Source of the DNA: Thecamonas trahens ATCC 50062
Taxonomy: Eukaryota > Protista > Apusomonadida
Reading direction: 5' to 3'
DNA length: 64,000 nucleotides
Assembly: GCF_000142905.1 (NCBI RefSeq)
Contig: NW_013657646.1
Location: 247,324-311,323 of the forward strand
Shown here piece after piece: positions 1 through 9,205 of this stretch (position 1 is its first letter; each line of letters begins with the position of its first letter). Made by a program: the position numbers and the translations under genes. The notes beneath the pieces are model-generated. The model was not told where the DNA came from. It saw nothing but the letters and a program-made list of their open reading frames with translations, and searched no databases.

Positions 1-511
1 CGACGCCCGCGCCGTCGATCTTATGCGCCGGGCGTTTGCTGCGCTCCCCGAGCTCATCGAGTCACTGCGTGCTGTCCGCGCCGAATCTGATCCGGGCTAC
101 ACCGGAAGCGCCAACTCGGACCTCGACAGGCTGTACAAGCACGTCATTGGCATTGTCAATCTCGTTTCGGCCCGGCTTCCGGCGGTCGCCGCCGCCGTTG
201 CGGCTGGCTCGTCCGGCGCTGCGAGCTCACCGGCTCGCCGGCCCGGCACTGCGCCGGCTGCGTTGCGGGCCCGTACCCAGACCACGCCATCGAGTGCATC
301 GCGTTCACGTCGGGCTGACGCCGGCCTCTCTACATCAATCTCGGCGGCGGCACTGGCCGCAGCCGCCGCGGCCGACGGCGACGGCGACGACGACTATGAC
401 TACGAGGTCTACGACGTGTACGAGGCGTACGAGGATGAGCTCGACCGCGAAGCCATCCATCGCCGCGCGCCCCCGCCACAGCCCATCCCTGCGCCGACGT
501 CACCTGCTTAG
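1..511 (+). CDS. 3' end of a hypothetical protein (partial; frame open to window start)
   Basis: Frame of ORF 23..511 has no upstream stop back to position 2. GC3-rich codons, then an Ala/Ser-rich and acidic Tyr-rich tail. No family recognised. Confidence 0.55.
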   Translation, partial: DARAVDLMRRAFAALPELIESLRAVRAESDPGYTGSANSDLDRLYKHVIGIVNLVSARLPAVAAAVAAGSSGAASSPARRPGTAPAALRARTQTTPSSASRSRRADAGLSTSISAAALAAAAAADGDGDDDYDYEVYDVYEAYEDELDREAIHRRAPPPQPIPAPTSPA

Positions 512-936
512 CTTCCCAGCCTCCTTTCCACCCCCCCCCCCCCCCCCGGAAATAATCTAAACTTTCCGTCCTTGAACTTGGGGCGTGGGGAGTCATTATC
601 TGAATGTTCTACCGGAGGCACCCGAATCGGCGGCGACGCGCCAGATCCTGAATTGGAGCTGGTATGCGCGTGCATCGAGGAGAACCAANNNNNNNNNNNN
701 NNNNNNNNNNNNNNNNNNNNNNNNNNNNNNNNNNNNNNNNNNNNNNNNNNNNNNNNNNNNNNNNNNNNNNNNNNNNNNNNNNNNNNNNGGACCGTCGGAG
801 GTACGCCCCCTCCCTCCCCCCTCCCCTCTCTCTCTCTCCCCCCTCCCTCCCTCCCCCCTGCCTGTCCACTGCCTTAGTTGCAACCGCCCTCACCCCCCCC
901 CTCCCCCCTCCCCCAAACCCACACGCACACAGGAAG

Positions 937-1365
937 ATGACCATGCTCGGAGTGTTCCAGCGAGTGGAGGCGAGGCTCACCCGTGAGCTGACCGAGGAGG
1001 AGAAGGCGTCGGTGCGAACTGTGGTTGACGCTGCCGTCTTTGCTGCCCTGGTCAAGAGCGAGGGTCTCGACGATGGCGACGATGCCATGCGCGGCCGCGC
1101 ACGCCTCTCCGAGCACGGTGTGTGCGAGGTCGTCATGAGCATCCGCACAGAACTGCTCAAGGCAGATACCACAGCTGATCGCCAGATCGAGCTCATCCGC
1201 GCCCTCGCCCGCGAGCACATCACCTTTAACGTGCTCAAGAAGACAAAGGTCGGCAAGACGCTCAACAAGCTCCGCAAGTCGTCCGACTCGCGCGTCGCAC
1301 GCATGGCCAAGGAGCTGATCCTGGTCCTCAAGCGCCTCGTTGCCGACCGCTCATCCTCCAGCTGA
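937..1365 (+). CDS. Small protein with a TFIIS N-terminal (TND/Med26/IWS1-type) helical domain; 5' end uncertain
   Basis: ITFNVLKKTKVGKTLNKLRKS..VARMAKELI matches the TND consensus (L..T.IG..V..LRK...V...AK.L). Preceded by a C-rich tract ending CACAG (possible acceptor) and an N gap. Confidence 0.7.
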   Translation: MTMLGVFQRVEARLTRELTEEEKASVRTVVDAAVFAALVKSEGLDDGDDAMRGRARLSEHGVCEVVMSIRTELLKADTTADRQIELIRALAREHITFNVLKKTKVGKTLNKLRKSSDSRVARMAKELILVLKRLVADRSSSS

Positions 1366-1379
1366 GCCTCTGCCTGAGT

Positions 1380-1410
<31 letters not shown>

Positions 1411-1542
1411 TGAGCTTAGCCATGGCCTGCCCATCACCCTAATTACACCCCCCAACCCCCTCCTCGTCCCCCATCAATTTTTACCAAACCACCCCCCCCC
1501 CCACCCCCCATGCACCAGGTGCAACCACCCGTCTCTCCCGCC

Positions 1543-2250
1543 ATGGCTGCTGTAACGGAAGACTCGGCCACGCCAGGCCTTCCCCCGGTCCGCTTTGGCG
1601 ACATGACCGAGGACGAGACCGCCGCCCGCATCAAAATGCTGCTGGAGACCGAGGGTGAGGCCAGGCCGTACCTCCACGACGCCTTCCCGGCCTCCAACGT
1701 CCTCGTCGAGGGCTCGCCCATGCCCGACCTGTCGCTCCTGCGTCTCGATGGCTCGCCCGCCGCCCTCGGTGCCGACATCATCATCCCGGCGCTGGACAGC
1801 TCGCACGCCACAGGCGTTGTCATCCTCAACTTTGGCTCGTGGACCTGACCACCCTTCCGCCGCAACATCCGCTCGGTCACCGAGCTGGCTGCTGCGGCGG
1901 AGACGCCGCTGTTCAACGTCTACATCCGCGAGGCCCACGCCGAGGACGACTGGGCCATCGAGGTCAACACCGACGATGACGTCTGCTTCCCGCAGCCCAA
2001 ATCGACCGCAGCCCGGCTTGCTGTTGCCAACGACTTTGTTGCCACCGCCTCCCTCGATCCGGCTGCCATCCTCGTCGATCCCATCGAGAACGAGGCCGAG
2101 GCCGCCTTTGAGGCCCGCCCCGAGCGCCTCTATGCCATCGCCCGCGTCAGTGGCGTCCTCACCGTTGTCTTCCGCACTGGAATCGGGCCATATATGTACT
2201 CGGTTACCAAGCTCAAAGCCTTCCTCGACTCCTGTCGAGCGCCGCACTGA
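1543..2250 (+). CDS. Iodothyronine deiodinase-family selenoprotein, 235 aa, Sec at in-frame UGA 1846-1848
   Basis: Reading through TGA gives VILNFGSWT-U-PPFRR ... FNVYIREAHAEDDW ... FPQPKSTAARL ... ILVDPIENEAEAAFEARPERLYAI ... GIGPYMY. These are the deiodinase motifs FGSxT(U/C)PPF, YIxEAH, VDxxxN, PERL, GxGP. Frame stays open for a further 133 codons after the UGA. Confidence 0.93.
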
Positions 2251-2338
2251 GTTTGCCTGTTGGCCCTGTGTGCGCACGGTCGCCGCGCCGCTCCGTGCCC
2301 TGCCGCTGTTCCGCGCAATCTTCCGATGGTTGAATGCC

Positions 2339-2392
2339 ATGACTTGACGCCTCCTCATCCGCACTCATTCGTGCGGCGGTGGCGACAACGAG
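2339..2392 (+). promoter_or_regulatory. Candidate type-II SECIS element in the deiodinase 3' UTR
   Basis: Core ATGAC (2339-43) opposite CGAG (2389-92). 11-bp helix II TTGACGCCTCC/GGTGGCGACAA (9 WC pairs). Apical bulge TCAT. Perfect 6-bp mini-stem CCGCAC/GTGCGG. Located 89 nt after the stop. Confidence 0.75.
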
Positions 2393-2476
2393 CCTGAGCG
2401 CAAGCCCTGTGGGGCCTTGCCTTCCTCCCTTTTCACACCATCGTCATCAAACTGCGTTAGTACAGCGTTCAATATC

Positions 2477-5400
2477 TCATCTACCTCCGTACGTCGGCGG
2501 TGGCACTGTCGGGCTACTCACCACCGCTTCGTACGATGGCGGCATGATCGCCGTGTTAAATGCCGAGCCTGGCGGGCCAAAGTAAGCTGCCGGACACGAC
2601 GGCGGGAGCGGCGAGCTGCCGGGCACAGGCGGCATGACGCCGGCAGGCGTAAACGGCGGCGGTGGCGGCATACCGGCGCCACTACCCATCGGCGGCAGCG
2701 GAATGCCTTCGTCCACCCCAGGCGGCGGCCGCGGCTGCCGCGCCTGATGCACGCCCCGCCGCCGCGCCATCTGCTGCCGCTTGGTCACCACCATGATGAT
2801 CACCAGCAACAGCAGTGTGCCCGCCAGCCCACCGGCAATAGCCACCACTGGAGTCGTCGAGCTGCTCGAGCCCGACGAGCTCCGCGATGACGCCCCGGCC
2901 GTCGTCGACGAGCTGGATGTGGAGTTGATGCCGCTGATCCTGCACGTCGAGGAACATGCCGCTGTCGAGTCGCACTCTTCGCCGGCAGCCGAGTTGACAT
3001 ACCCATCGCCACACACAGCAAACGTGCAGTCTGGATCACACTGCGATGTCGCCACACGGCCGGTATCGCAGTCCTCGCCCGGTGCAACCACACCATCGCC
3101 ACACACCACGTTGATGCTCTTGCACGTCGGCGAGCAGAACAGGCTCGACGTCACCGCAGTGTCACACTCTTCGCCTGCCGCCGCATTCACCATGCCATCG
3201 CCGCACGACGGCGCCGTGCAGTCAGCATCACAGCTCACGGTGTGGACGCCGCCTTCGTCGCACACCTCGGACCGCACTCCGGTCGCCCTCACATTCGACA
3301 GCCCAATTGTGTCGCAGCTGGAGCACGATTGCTTGGTCTGCAAAAAGACGAGAAAGAGAGGCGCTGGCGTCCCCGTCGACCATCCAGAAAACTGCGTGAG
3401 CGAGACCACTGCCGACTTCCACGACGTAGACGACCGCGAAATGGTCACCGTCCCGCCAATCTGCGACGAGCTGCTCATCTGTGCAGACGAGAACAACTGG
3501 ACCACGAGCAGCTCACCAGAGTCGACGGTCTCGCACGGCGTAGAGCTGGCTGGATACCTCACGTCAAATGTGACTTCCTGCGTACCGGGCGGTAGGAGCG
3601 TTACCAGCCGGCGCTTGCCCGACGAGGGCGTTCCAGTGAACAGCACTGTCTCCCCTGCCTTTGCCGAGCTGCCCACAAGGCATGACGGGAGCGTAGCGGG
3701 GTAAAACTGGACACCGATCGCGTCCGCTACCGCGCTTGTCGATGACAGCGGAATCCGGAGGTCGAACTGGTGCGAAGAGCTCTCCACTCGCCCGTTACCA
3801 CATCGCGGCGCCCTGCAGCTGTTGCTGCACCCGTCGCTGTCGATGGCGTTGCCGTCATCGCACTCCTCCGGCGAGGTCACCACGCCGTCGCCGCACACCG
3901 GCAGCGTGCATGAGCTAGTGCACGGGGCCGAGTTAGGCGCCGACGCGTCGCACGGCTCGATGCCCTGGTGAACAAATCCGTCGCCGCATGACGCCGGCCG
4001 GCAGTTAACGCAGCTGTCCGTGTTGATAGTGTTGCCATCGTCGCACACCTCGCCGGTCGAGTACGGATTGACTAGGCCGTCGCCACAGACTGGAAACGTG
4101 CAGTCGACATCGCAGTATCCGGTGGCCGCTCCGCCCGAGTCGCACTCTTCCACCCCGTTGACAACAAAGTCACCGCACCGCGGGAGAAGGCAGCTCGAGC
4201 ACCCATCCGCCGGATTGGTGTTGCCGTCATCACACTCGCGCAGCAGCATGGCTCGGACCTCGACATCGTCCACAAAGGTGGTCGGGTCCGCGCCGCCGAC
4301 ACTGTCCGCCGACCGATAGAGCTTGATCTGGACGCCGATGCGCCGCGCCCGGTCGTCGAGCGAGTATCCGGTCATCCCCACCGCCTGCGGCGTGACATAG
4401 ACCACAGTCTCAGCGAACGACGTCGCGCTCGACAGGAGCGGCGAGACAGCGGCCACCTCGACATATGACGAGAGCAGAGCCCCGGTAGTCGTGTCGACAG
4501 TCCGTGCGGCAACATGCAGAAGCTGGCTCGTCGTGTTGCTCACCACCACGCCACATCTCGCGTCCGACGCAGCCTCGGCGCTTCGCGCCACGCCGCTCGT
4601 CCACGTTGTGAAAGACATGCCGGCAAAGCCGGTAACAGGCTTGAGCTCCAGCTCGCGCTGGCCGTTGCTCGAAAGAAGAACCGCCGTTGACGGGTCGCTC
4701 GCCGGCGTGCAGCCCGACTGGACCACCGCGTTGCTCAGCGGCGTGGTGTACCGATTAAACCACTCGGAAGTGGTCGAGAAGCTATCGAAAAAGCCGCCGT
4801 GTGCTGCCCGCGAGGTAAAGACGGGCGACGCCGCCGACCCGTCACCGCACTCTTCCCAGGTGCAGCTCGCTGAGCACCCGTCGCCATCAACGGCGTTCCC
4901 GTCGTCGCACTCTTCGCCAGCACCCGGGTTGATCACTCCGTCACCACAGCCACCATGGACCGTGCAGTTTGGTGTACAGGTTGTAGAGCCAAGCGGTGAG
5001 CCCGAGTCGCAAGCTTCAGACCCCGTCACCATGCCGTCGCCGCAGTACGCATACCGACAGTTGGGCATGCACTCTATGCTTCCGTCGTCGCACTCTTCGC
5101 CAGCCGCTACGTTGCGGATACCATCGCCGCAGACAGGGGCCGTGCAGTCGACGTTGCAACTCGCGCTCTCGCCTGCCGTGTCGCAGGCCTCGACACCTAT
5201 CCAAACCAAGCCGTCGCCACACCTGGCTGGAGCGCACAACACGCACGAGTCGTTCGTGAACGCATTGCCGTCGTCGCACACCTCGGCGCTCAAAGACGTC
5301 ACAATGTTGACGCCAACCAGCGCCGAAACGTCATAGCTTGAACCCGAGTGCACCGGCTGAGAGAAAATGAGCTCAAACGGCGCGTCGGTCGGCTTCCGGT

Positions 5401-6547
5401 TCTGCATGCTGGCAGGAATGGCGAGCTGGTGTGTGCCAAGTGAGCCACTGTGGCGCGGCAGGATCTCGGTGTGCTCGACGGAAGCGCCGCGGATCTTGAA
5501 TGTGGCATGAAGATCCTCTCCCGAGTCGACTTTCTCGCAGCTCCCGACTCCGGACCCGTACTCGTAAGTCACCTCGATGCCCCCAATTCGGGTGGTCAGG
5601 GTGTCGATGGTTAGGGTGGCCGTGCGATCGCTCGTGCCGTCAAACGTGATAGACTCTTGAGCACACGTACTGGAGATTCGCGCTCCGGTTCCCAGCGTCC
5701 ACTCGGGGCCGAGGCCGTGGGTGGCAAATGTCCACTCGTAAGTGGCGGTCGAGACGTTGCCGTTCACCACGCCGTCACCGCAGTATGGCGTGATGCGGCA
5801 CTCGACGCAGCCGTCGACGCTAGTTGCGTCCGGCGTCCCGTCGTCGCACTCTTCCGGCTCGGCCGGGCCGCCGTAGATGGCGACGTCGTCCAGAACCATG
5901 TGGTCAAAGCTGGAGCCAGACGAGGAGGCCTGGTTGAACCGCAGATGGATGATCTTGCCCTGCACATCGGCAGGGATGTCAATCGAGTGCGAAGACCACG
6001 TCGAGTGGGTCGTCGGCACAGCGGCAAGTATAGTCCACGTCGTGCCGGACGCTACCTTGTACTCGAGGGTCAGATCCTCGCCGTTGTCCGGGTTCTCGCA
6101 ACTGCCGGACGACGAGGTCATAAAGACGTCAAAGCTGACGCGAGTCACCTTCTCCAACGTTCCAACCAGTTGCAGCGTCCGAACCGAGTCGCCTTGGAAG
6201 CGGGCCGCCCACGATCCGCGGGCGGCGCACGTGCCGACGTTGCCAATGATGGCTACGCCTGTGGCCTGCCAAGCCGCGGAAATGGTGCCGGACTCAAAGT
6301 CATCACTGAAGATCAGCCGATTGCCAGACAGGTTGCTGACGTTGTATGCGTTGAGAATGCCATCGCCACAGTACTCACGGACACACACGGCCGAGCATCC
6401 ATCATACGAATCATTGTTGCCATCGTCGCACTCTTCGCCACTCTCCACCACCGCGTTGCCGCACGAGGCGCCCAACGCCTGCCGGCTGCAGAGGGTCACC
6501 ACAGCGAGAGCAGTCAGGACCACCACAAGCACGGGCGCACGCACCAT
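2477..6547 (-). CDS. Type I membrane protein: Myxococcus-type Cys-rich repeats (DUF4215-like) plus four reelin-like beta-sandwich inserts, TM helix, PPxY tail
   Basis: Signal peptide MVRAPVLVVVLTALAVVTLC. Many CGDG..EECDDGN..DGC repeats. TM VVAIAGGLAGTLLLLVIIMVV. Pro-rich cytosolic tail with PPSY and PPTY. Confidence 0.85.
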   Translation of the reverse strand: MVRAPVLVVVLTALAVVTLCSRQALGASCGNAVVESGEECDDGNNDSYDGCSAVCVREYCGDGILNAYNVSNLSGNRLIFSDDFESGTISAAWQATGVAIIGNVGTCAARGSWAARFQGDSVRTLQLVGTLEKVTRVSFDVFMTSSSGSCENPDNGEDLTLEYKVASGTTWTILAAVPTTHSTWSSHSIDIPADVQGKIIHLRFNQASSSGSSFDHMVLDDVAIYGGPAEPEECDDGTPDATSVDGCVECRITPYCGDGVVNGNVSTATYEWTFATHGLGPEWTLGTGARISSTCAQESITFDGTSDRTATLTIDTLTTRIGGIEVTYEYGSGVGSCEKVDSGEDLHATFKIRGASVEHTEILPRHSGSLGTHQLAIPASMQNRKPTDAPFELIFSQPVHSGSSYDVSALVGVNIVTSLSAEVCDDGNAFTNDSCVLCAPARCGDGLVWIGVEACDTAGESASCNVDCTAPVCGDGIRNVAAGEECDDGSIECMPNCRYAYCGDGMVTGSEACDSGSPLGSTTCTPNCTVHGGCGDGVINPGAGEECDDGNAVDGDGCSASCTWEECGDGSAASPVFTSRAAHGGFFDSFSTTSEWFNRYTTPLSNAVVQSGCTPASDPSTAVLLSSNGQRELELKPVTGFAGMSFTTWTSGVARSAEAASDARCGVVVSNTTSQLLHVAARTVDTTTGALLSSYVEVAAVSPLLSSATSFAETVVYVTPQAVGMTGYSLDDRARRIGVQIKLYRSADSVGGADPTTFVDDVEVRAMLLRECDDGNTNPADGCSSCLLPRCGDFVVNGVEECDSGGAATGYCDVDCTFPVCGDGLVNPYSTGEVCDDGNTINTDSCVNCRPASCGDGFVHQGIEPCDASAPNSAPCTSSCTLPVCGDGVVTSPEECDDGNAIDSDGCSNSCRAPRCGNGRVESSSHQFDLRIPLSSTSAVADAIGVQFYPATLPSCLVGSSAKAGETVLFTGTPSSGKRRLVTLLPPGTQEVTFDVRYPASSTPCETVDSGELLVVQLFSSAQMSSSSQIGGTVTISRSSTSWKSAVVSLTQFSGWSTGTPAPLFLVFLQTKQSCSSCDTIGLSNVRATGVRSEVCDEGGVHTVSCDADCTAPSCGDGMVNAAAGEECDTAVTSSLFCSPTCKSINVVCGDGVVAPGEDCDTGRVATSQCDPDCTFAVCGDGYVNSAAGEECDSTAACSSTCRISGINSTSSSSTTAGASSRSSSGSSSSTTPVVAIAGGLAGTLLLLVIIMVVTKRQQMARRRGVHQARQPRPPPGVDEGIPLPPMGSGAGMPPPPPFTPAGVMPPVPGSSPLPPSCPAAYFGPPGSAFNTAIMPPSYEAVVSSPTVPPPTYGGR

Positions 6548-6588
6548 AGCAAGCAAGGAACAAGAATGAAGTGTGAAGGGTGGAGAAA

Positions 6589-6643
6589 GGTGTGGGTAAG
6601 GTGGGTGTGGGTGTGGGTGTGGGTGTGGGTGTGGGTGTGGGTG
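6589..6643. repeat. (GTGTGG)n hexamer microsatellite
   Basis: Directly visible tandem gtgtgg units between two genes. Confidence 0.9.
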
Positions 6644-6754
6644 CGGACGGTTTTACTGTCGTGGGCATTCTCGGAATGGTGGCCTGCCGGTGGTAGGGAC
6701 GGTCCCGGATGACCGGGCAGTGACGACGACGAGCGTGTGAGAGTTCTGTGATTT

Positions 6755-9205
6755 TCATTGAACGGAGACATCGACACTGGCACTAGCCGCGCAGTCTGCG
6801 GTGGGGGAGAGTGGGTGGGCGAGGGTGTAAATGCAGACGTAGCCGTCAGCAAGGACGCGCTTGGTATCGACAGAGACCCGAGTGTCGGTGTAGCGGTAGG
6901 CCTTTGGCCCGCGATGGGCAGCGAGCTCCGAGTCGACAAGGGTAGCAAGAGAGACAGGCTCGGCGAGGGCGCGGGCGAGGTTGTTGGCGCGGTGCAGAAC
7001 CGGGACCGAGCCGTGGTCGGCCGATGCGTCGCCCATTGAGTCGAAGCGGACCCAGATGTGGGCGAGCGAGCCGTCGGCGTCGACGACCGGGATGCGGTTG
7101 TAGGCAACAAAGTGCGATGAGTCGATGCAGATGATGGCGTGGAGGTCGAGCCGGGCAAGGCTGTCGTCGCCGGTCTCAGGGTGACGGACCGGGACGGTGA
7201 CCTCACCGCAAGGGTAGATAAAATCGTAAATGGCCGAGTGGTACTCGCGCGGCATCTGCAGAATAAGGAACTTCGGCGCGCCGACAAAGACCATGCCGTA
7301 AGTCGCGAGGTGTGCGTCGAGGAGGACCTGGACCGACGGCCCACGGCCGATAAAGGTCTCCAGTGCGCCCGACTCGGGGTCGAAGATCGGGGCAAGAGTG
7401 TGGACAAAGGCGCGAAGGATGGTGCCGTCGACCGCTTCGGACGAGACGTAGCCGGGCGCGAGCTTGTCGTCGGGAAGGAGGAGGTTGAAGAGGACTGTGA
7501 TAAAGTCGACAACGTCCTCCTCCTCGCATGCACCGACCGTCGGGTCGTTCTCGGCATCCCACACCTTGTTGAGGAAGAGCCGGAAGCGGAGCATGACCGA
7601 AGCGTCGACAAAGAGGCGGCCCCGTAGATCGCGTACAACCAGGTTGCGGAGCGTCGAGCGCAGATGCGGGACATATGTGATGTGGTCGGGCGAGTCTGCC
7701 AGCTCGCGGCGCAGCCTGATCGGCTCAGACTCGTCCAGCATGACATCAAAGTCCTGGACGGTGACAAAGAGCGAGAAGAGCGTGGCGTCGAGGTAGCACG
7801 AGTTGTTTGAGCCCTGGATGCCGCGCCACATCCCCAGCGCGACGCGGTCAACAGCGGCGGCGGCAGGGAGAAGGATCGGCGGCGGGAGCGGCGCTGTCAC
7901 CGATCCGTCGTCACCGATGCCGTCACCGTCGCAGGCCTCGGCTGCCAGCGCCGCCGCTGGGCGCGGACCGTACAGCTCGTGCGCAAACTCGGCAGGCGCA
8001 AGCGTCGGCGCTCCAGTCTGCATCGACGTTTGCATTGTTTTCTGCTCGTGCGCGAGCCGATGAGGATGGTAGTGCTGCTCGTGCGACGCGAGCTGAGCCT
8101 CCGACGAGTACACCCGGTAGCAAAAGCGGCACCGTGGGCGAATGCTCGACGAGCTAGCGCCACCACTACTGTCCGGCTCTGGGGCAACTTCATCCACAAA
8201 CATGGCCGGCACGTAGCCAGCCCTGTTGGCAGCGTTGCGGACCCAGAGCCAGCCCGGACGACAGGCTGAGATCCGCGGCACAATCACGGTCTCGCCCTTG
8301 ACCAGCGGCAGCTCAGACATCTGTGGGTCGAGGTAGCTCTCGGAAGCGCGCATGATTTTGGAGCCGGCGGCGCGGGCTCTCTGAAGCTCATCGTCGCGAA
8401 AGGAGGGGGGACGGTCCGGCTGCGGTGGCGACTGCGACTGCAGCCGCGGCTGAGCAGGTGGCGGTTCGCGAGTCGGGGTCGGCTCATCGGTTCGGCTCTC
8501 GGGCGCAGTTCCAAGCCCAGGCGGCCCAAGCTGAGGCTTGGGCTCAGGCTCAGGCTCAGGCTCACGTGGCGACGGCGGCGACGGCGCATGCTCGTTGTCA
8601 AGATGGTTGTTGAGGGTGAACGCCAAGAAGAACGTCTTGTTGCAAATCGGGCAGGTGTGATCGATCGAGCTCGCCACGGGCTCTGTCGCTGGCGCGCGCG
8701 TAGGGGTTGAGCTCGACCGGTGGAAGGTATCGATGTGGATAGAGACGGAGCCTTCAGTGTAAAAGACCTGCTCGCAAATGGGGCATTTGTATGTCTTGGT
8801 TACCCGCGCTTTGGTGCAGTATAGCTCGTGGGAGGCGAGCGACGAACGCGAGTGCGAGGCGTGGCCACAGTGCCGACAGCTCGACCCGTAGCGATCATTA
8901 GACCGTGCATGCGAGCGCGATGAGGACAGCGGCGAGGCCGAGTGCGACGACGGTGAGCTAGAGAAAGACGTTAGCCGCATAAGCCTGGACTCTGGCACAA
9001 GGATCATGTCGCTGGCAGTGAGGCGGCTCACCTGATCCTGGCGCTTGGCGACAAAGACAAAGGTTGACCCATCGTAACACGTTGTTCGTGGAGGCGACGC
9101 AGCATACACGATGTCCCCACGACGCAACATCACCTTGCGCCCTTCCTTGACCGTTGATCCCGTGAACGTGATGATGACCGAGTACCGAGTCACCAACGAG
9201 GCCAT
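6755..9205 (-). CDS. CYLD-type ubiquitin-specific protease with C2H2 zinc fingers and SH3
   Basis: Cys box GIQGSNNSCYLDATLFSLF (cf. CYLD GIQGHYNSCYLDSTLFCLF). His box IICIDSSHFVA..WVRFDSMGD. C2H2-like fingers CRHC, CPIC x2, CRFC. SH3 SELPLVKGETV..GWLWV..GYVPAMFV. Confidence 0.85.
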   Translation of the reverse strand: MASLVTRYSVIITFTGSTVKEGRKVMLRRGDIVYAASPPRTTCYDGSTFVFVAKRQDQVSRLTASDMILVPESRLMRLTSFSSSPSSHSASPLSSSRSHARSNDRYGSSCRHCGHASHSRSSLASHELYCTKARVTKTYKCPICEQVFYTEGSVSIHIDTFHRSSSTPTRAPATEPVASSIDHTCPICNKTFFLAFTLNNHLDNEHAPSPPSPREPEPEPEPKPQLGPPGLGTAPESRTDEPTPTREPPPAQPRLQSQSPPQPDRPPSFRDDELQRARAAGSKIMRASESYLDPQMSELPLVKGETVIVPRISACRPGWLWVRNAANRAGYVPAMFVDEVAPEPDSSGGASSSSIRPRCRFCYRVYSSEAQLASHEQHYHPHRLAHEQKTMQTSMQTGAPTLAPAEFAHELYGPRPAAALAAEACDGDGIGDDGSVTAPLPPPILLPAAAAVDRVALGMWRGIQGSNNSCYLDATLFSLFVTVQDFDVMLDESEPIRLRRELADSPDHITYVPHLRSTLRNLVVRDLRGRLFVDASVMLRFRLFLNKVWDAENDPTVGACEEEDVVDFITVLFNLLLPDDKLAPGYVSSEAVDGTILRAFVHTLAPIFDPESGALETFIGRGPSVQVLLDAHLATYGMVFVGAPKFLILQMPREYHSAIYDFIYPCGEVTVPVRHPETGDDSLARLDLHAIICIDSSHFVAYNRIPVVDADGSLAHIWVRFDSMGDASADHGSVPVLHRANNLARALAEPVSLATLVDSELAAHRGPKAYRYTDTRVSVDTKRVLADGYVCIYTLAHPLSPTADCAASASVDVSVQ

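Noticed and set aside
1376-1415. (GAGCCC)n giving a PEPEPE ORF at 1340..1555
   Set aside because: Microsatellite just after a stop codon; no other coding signal.
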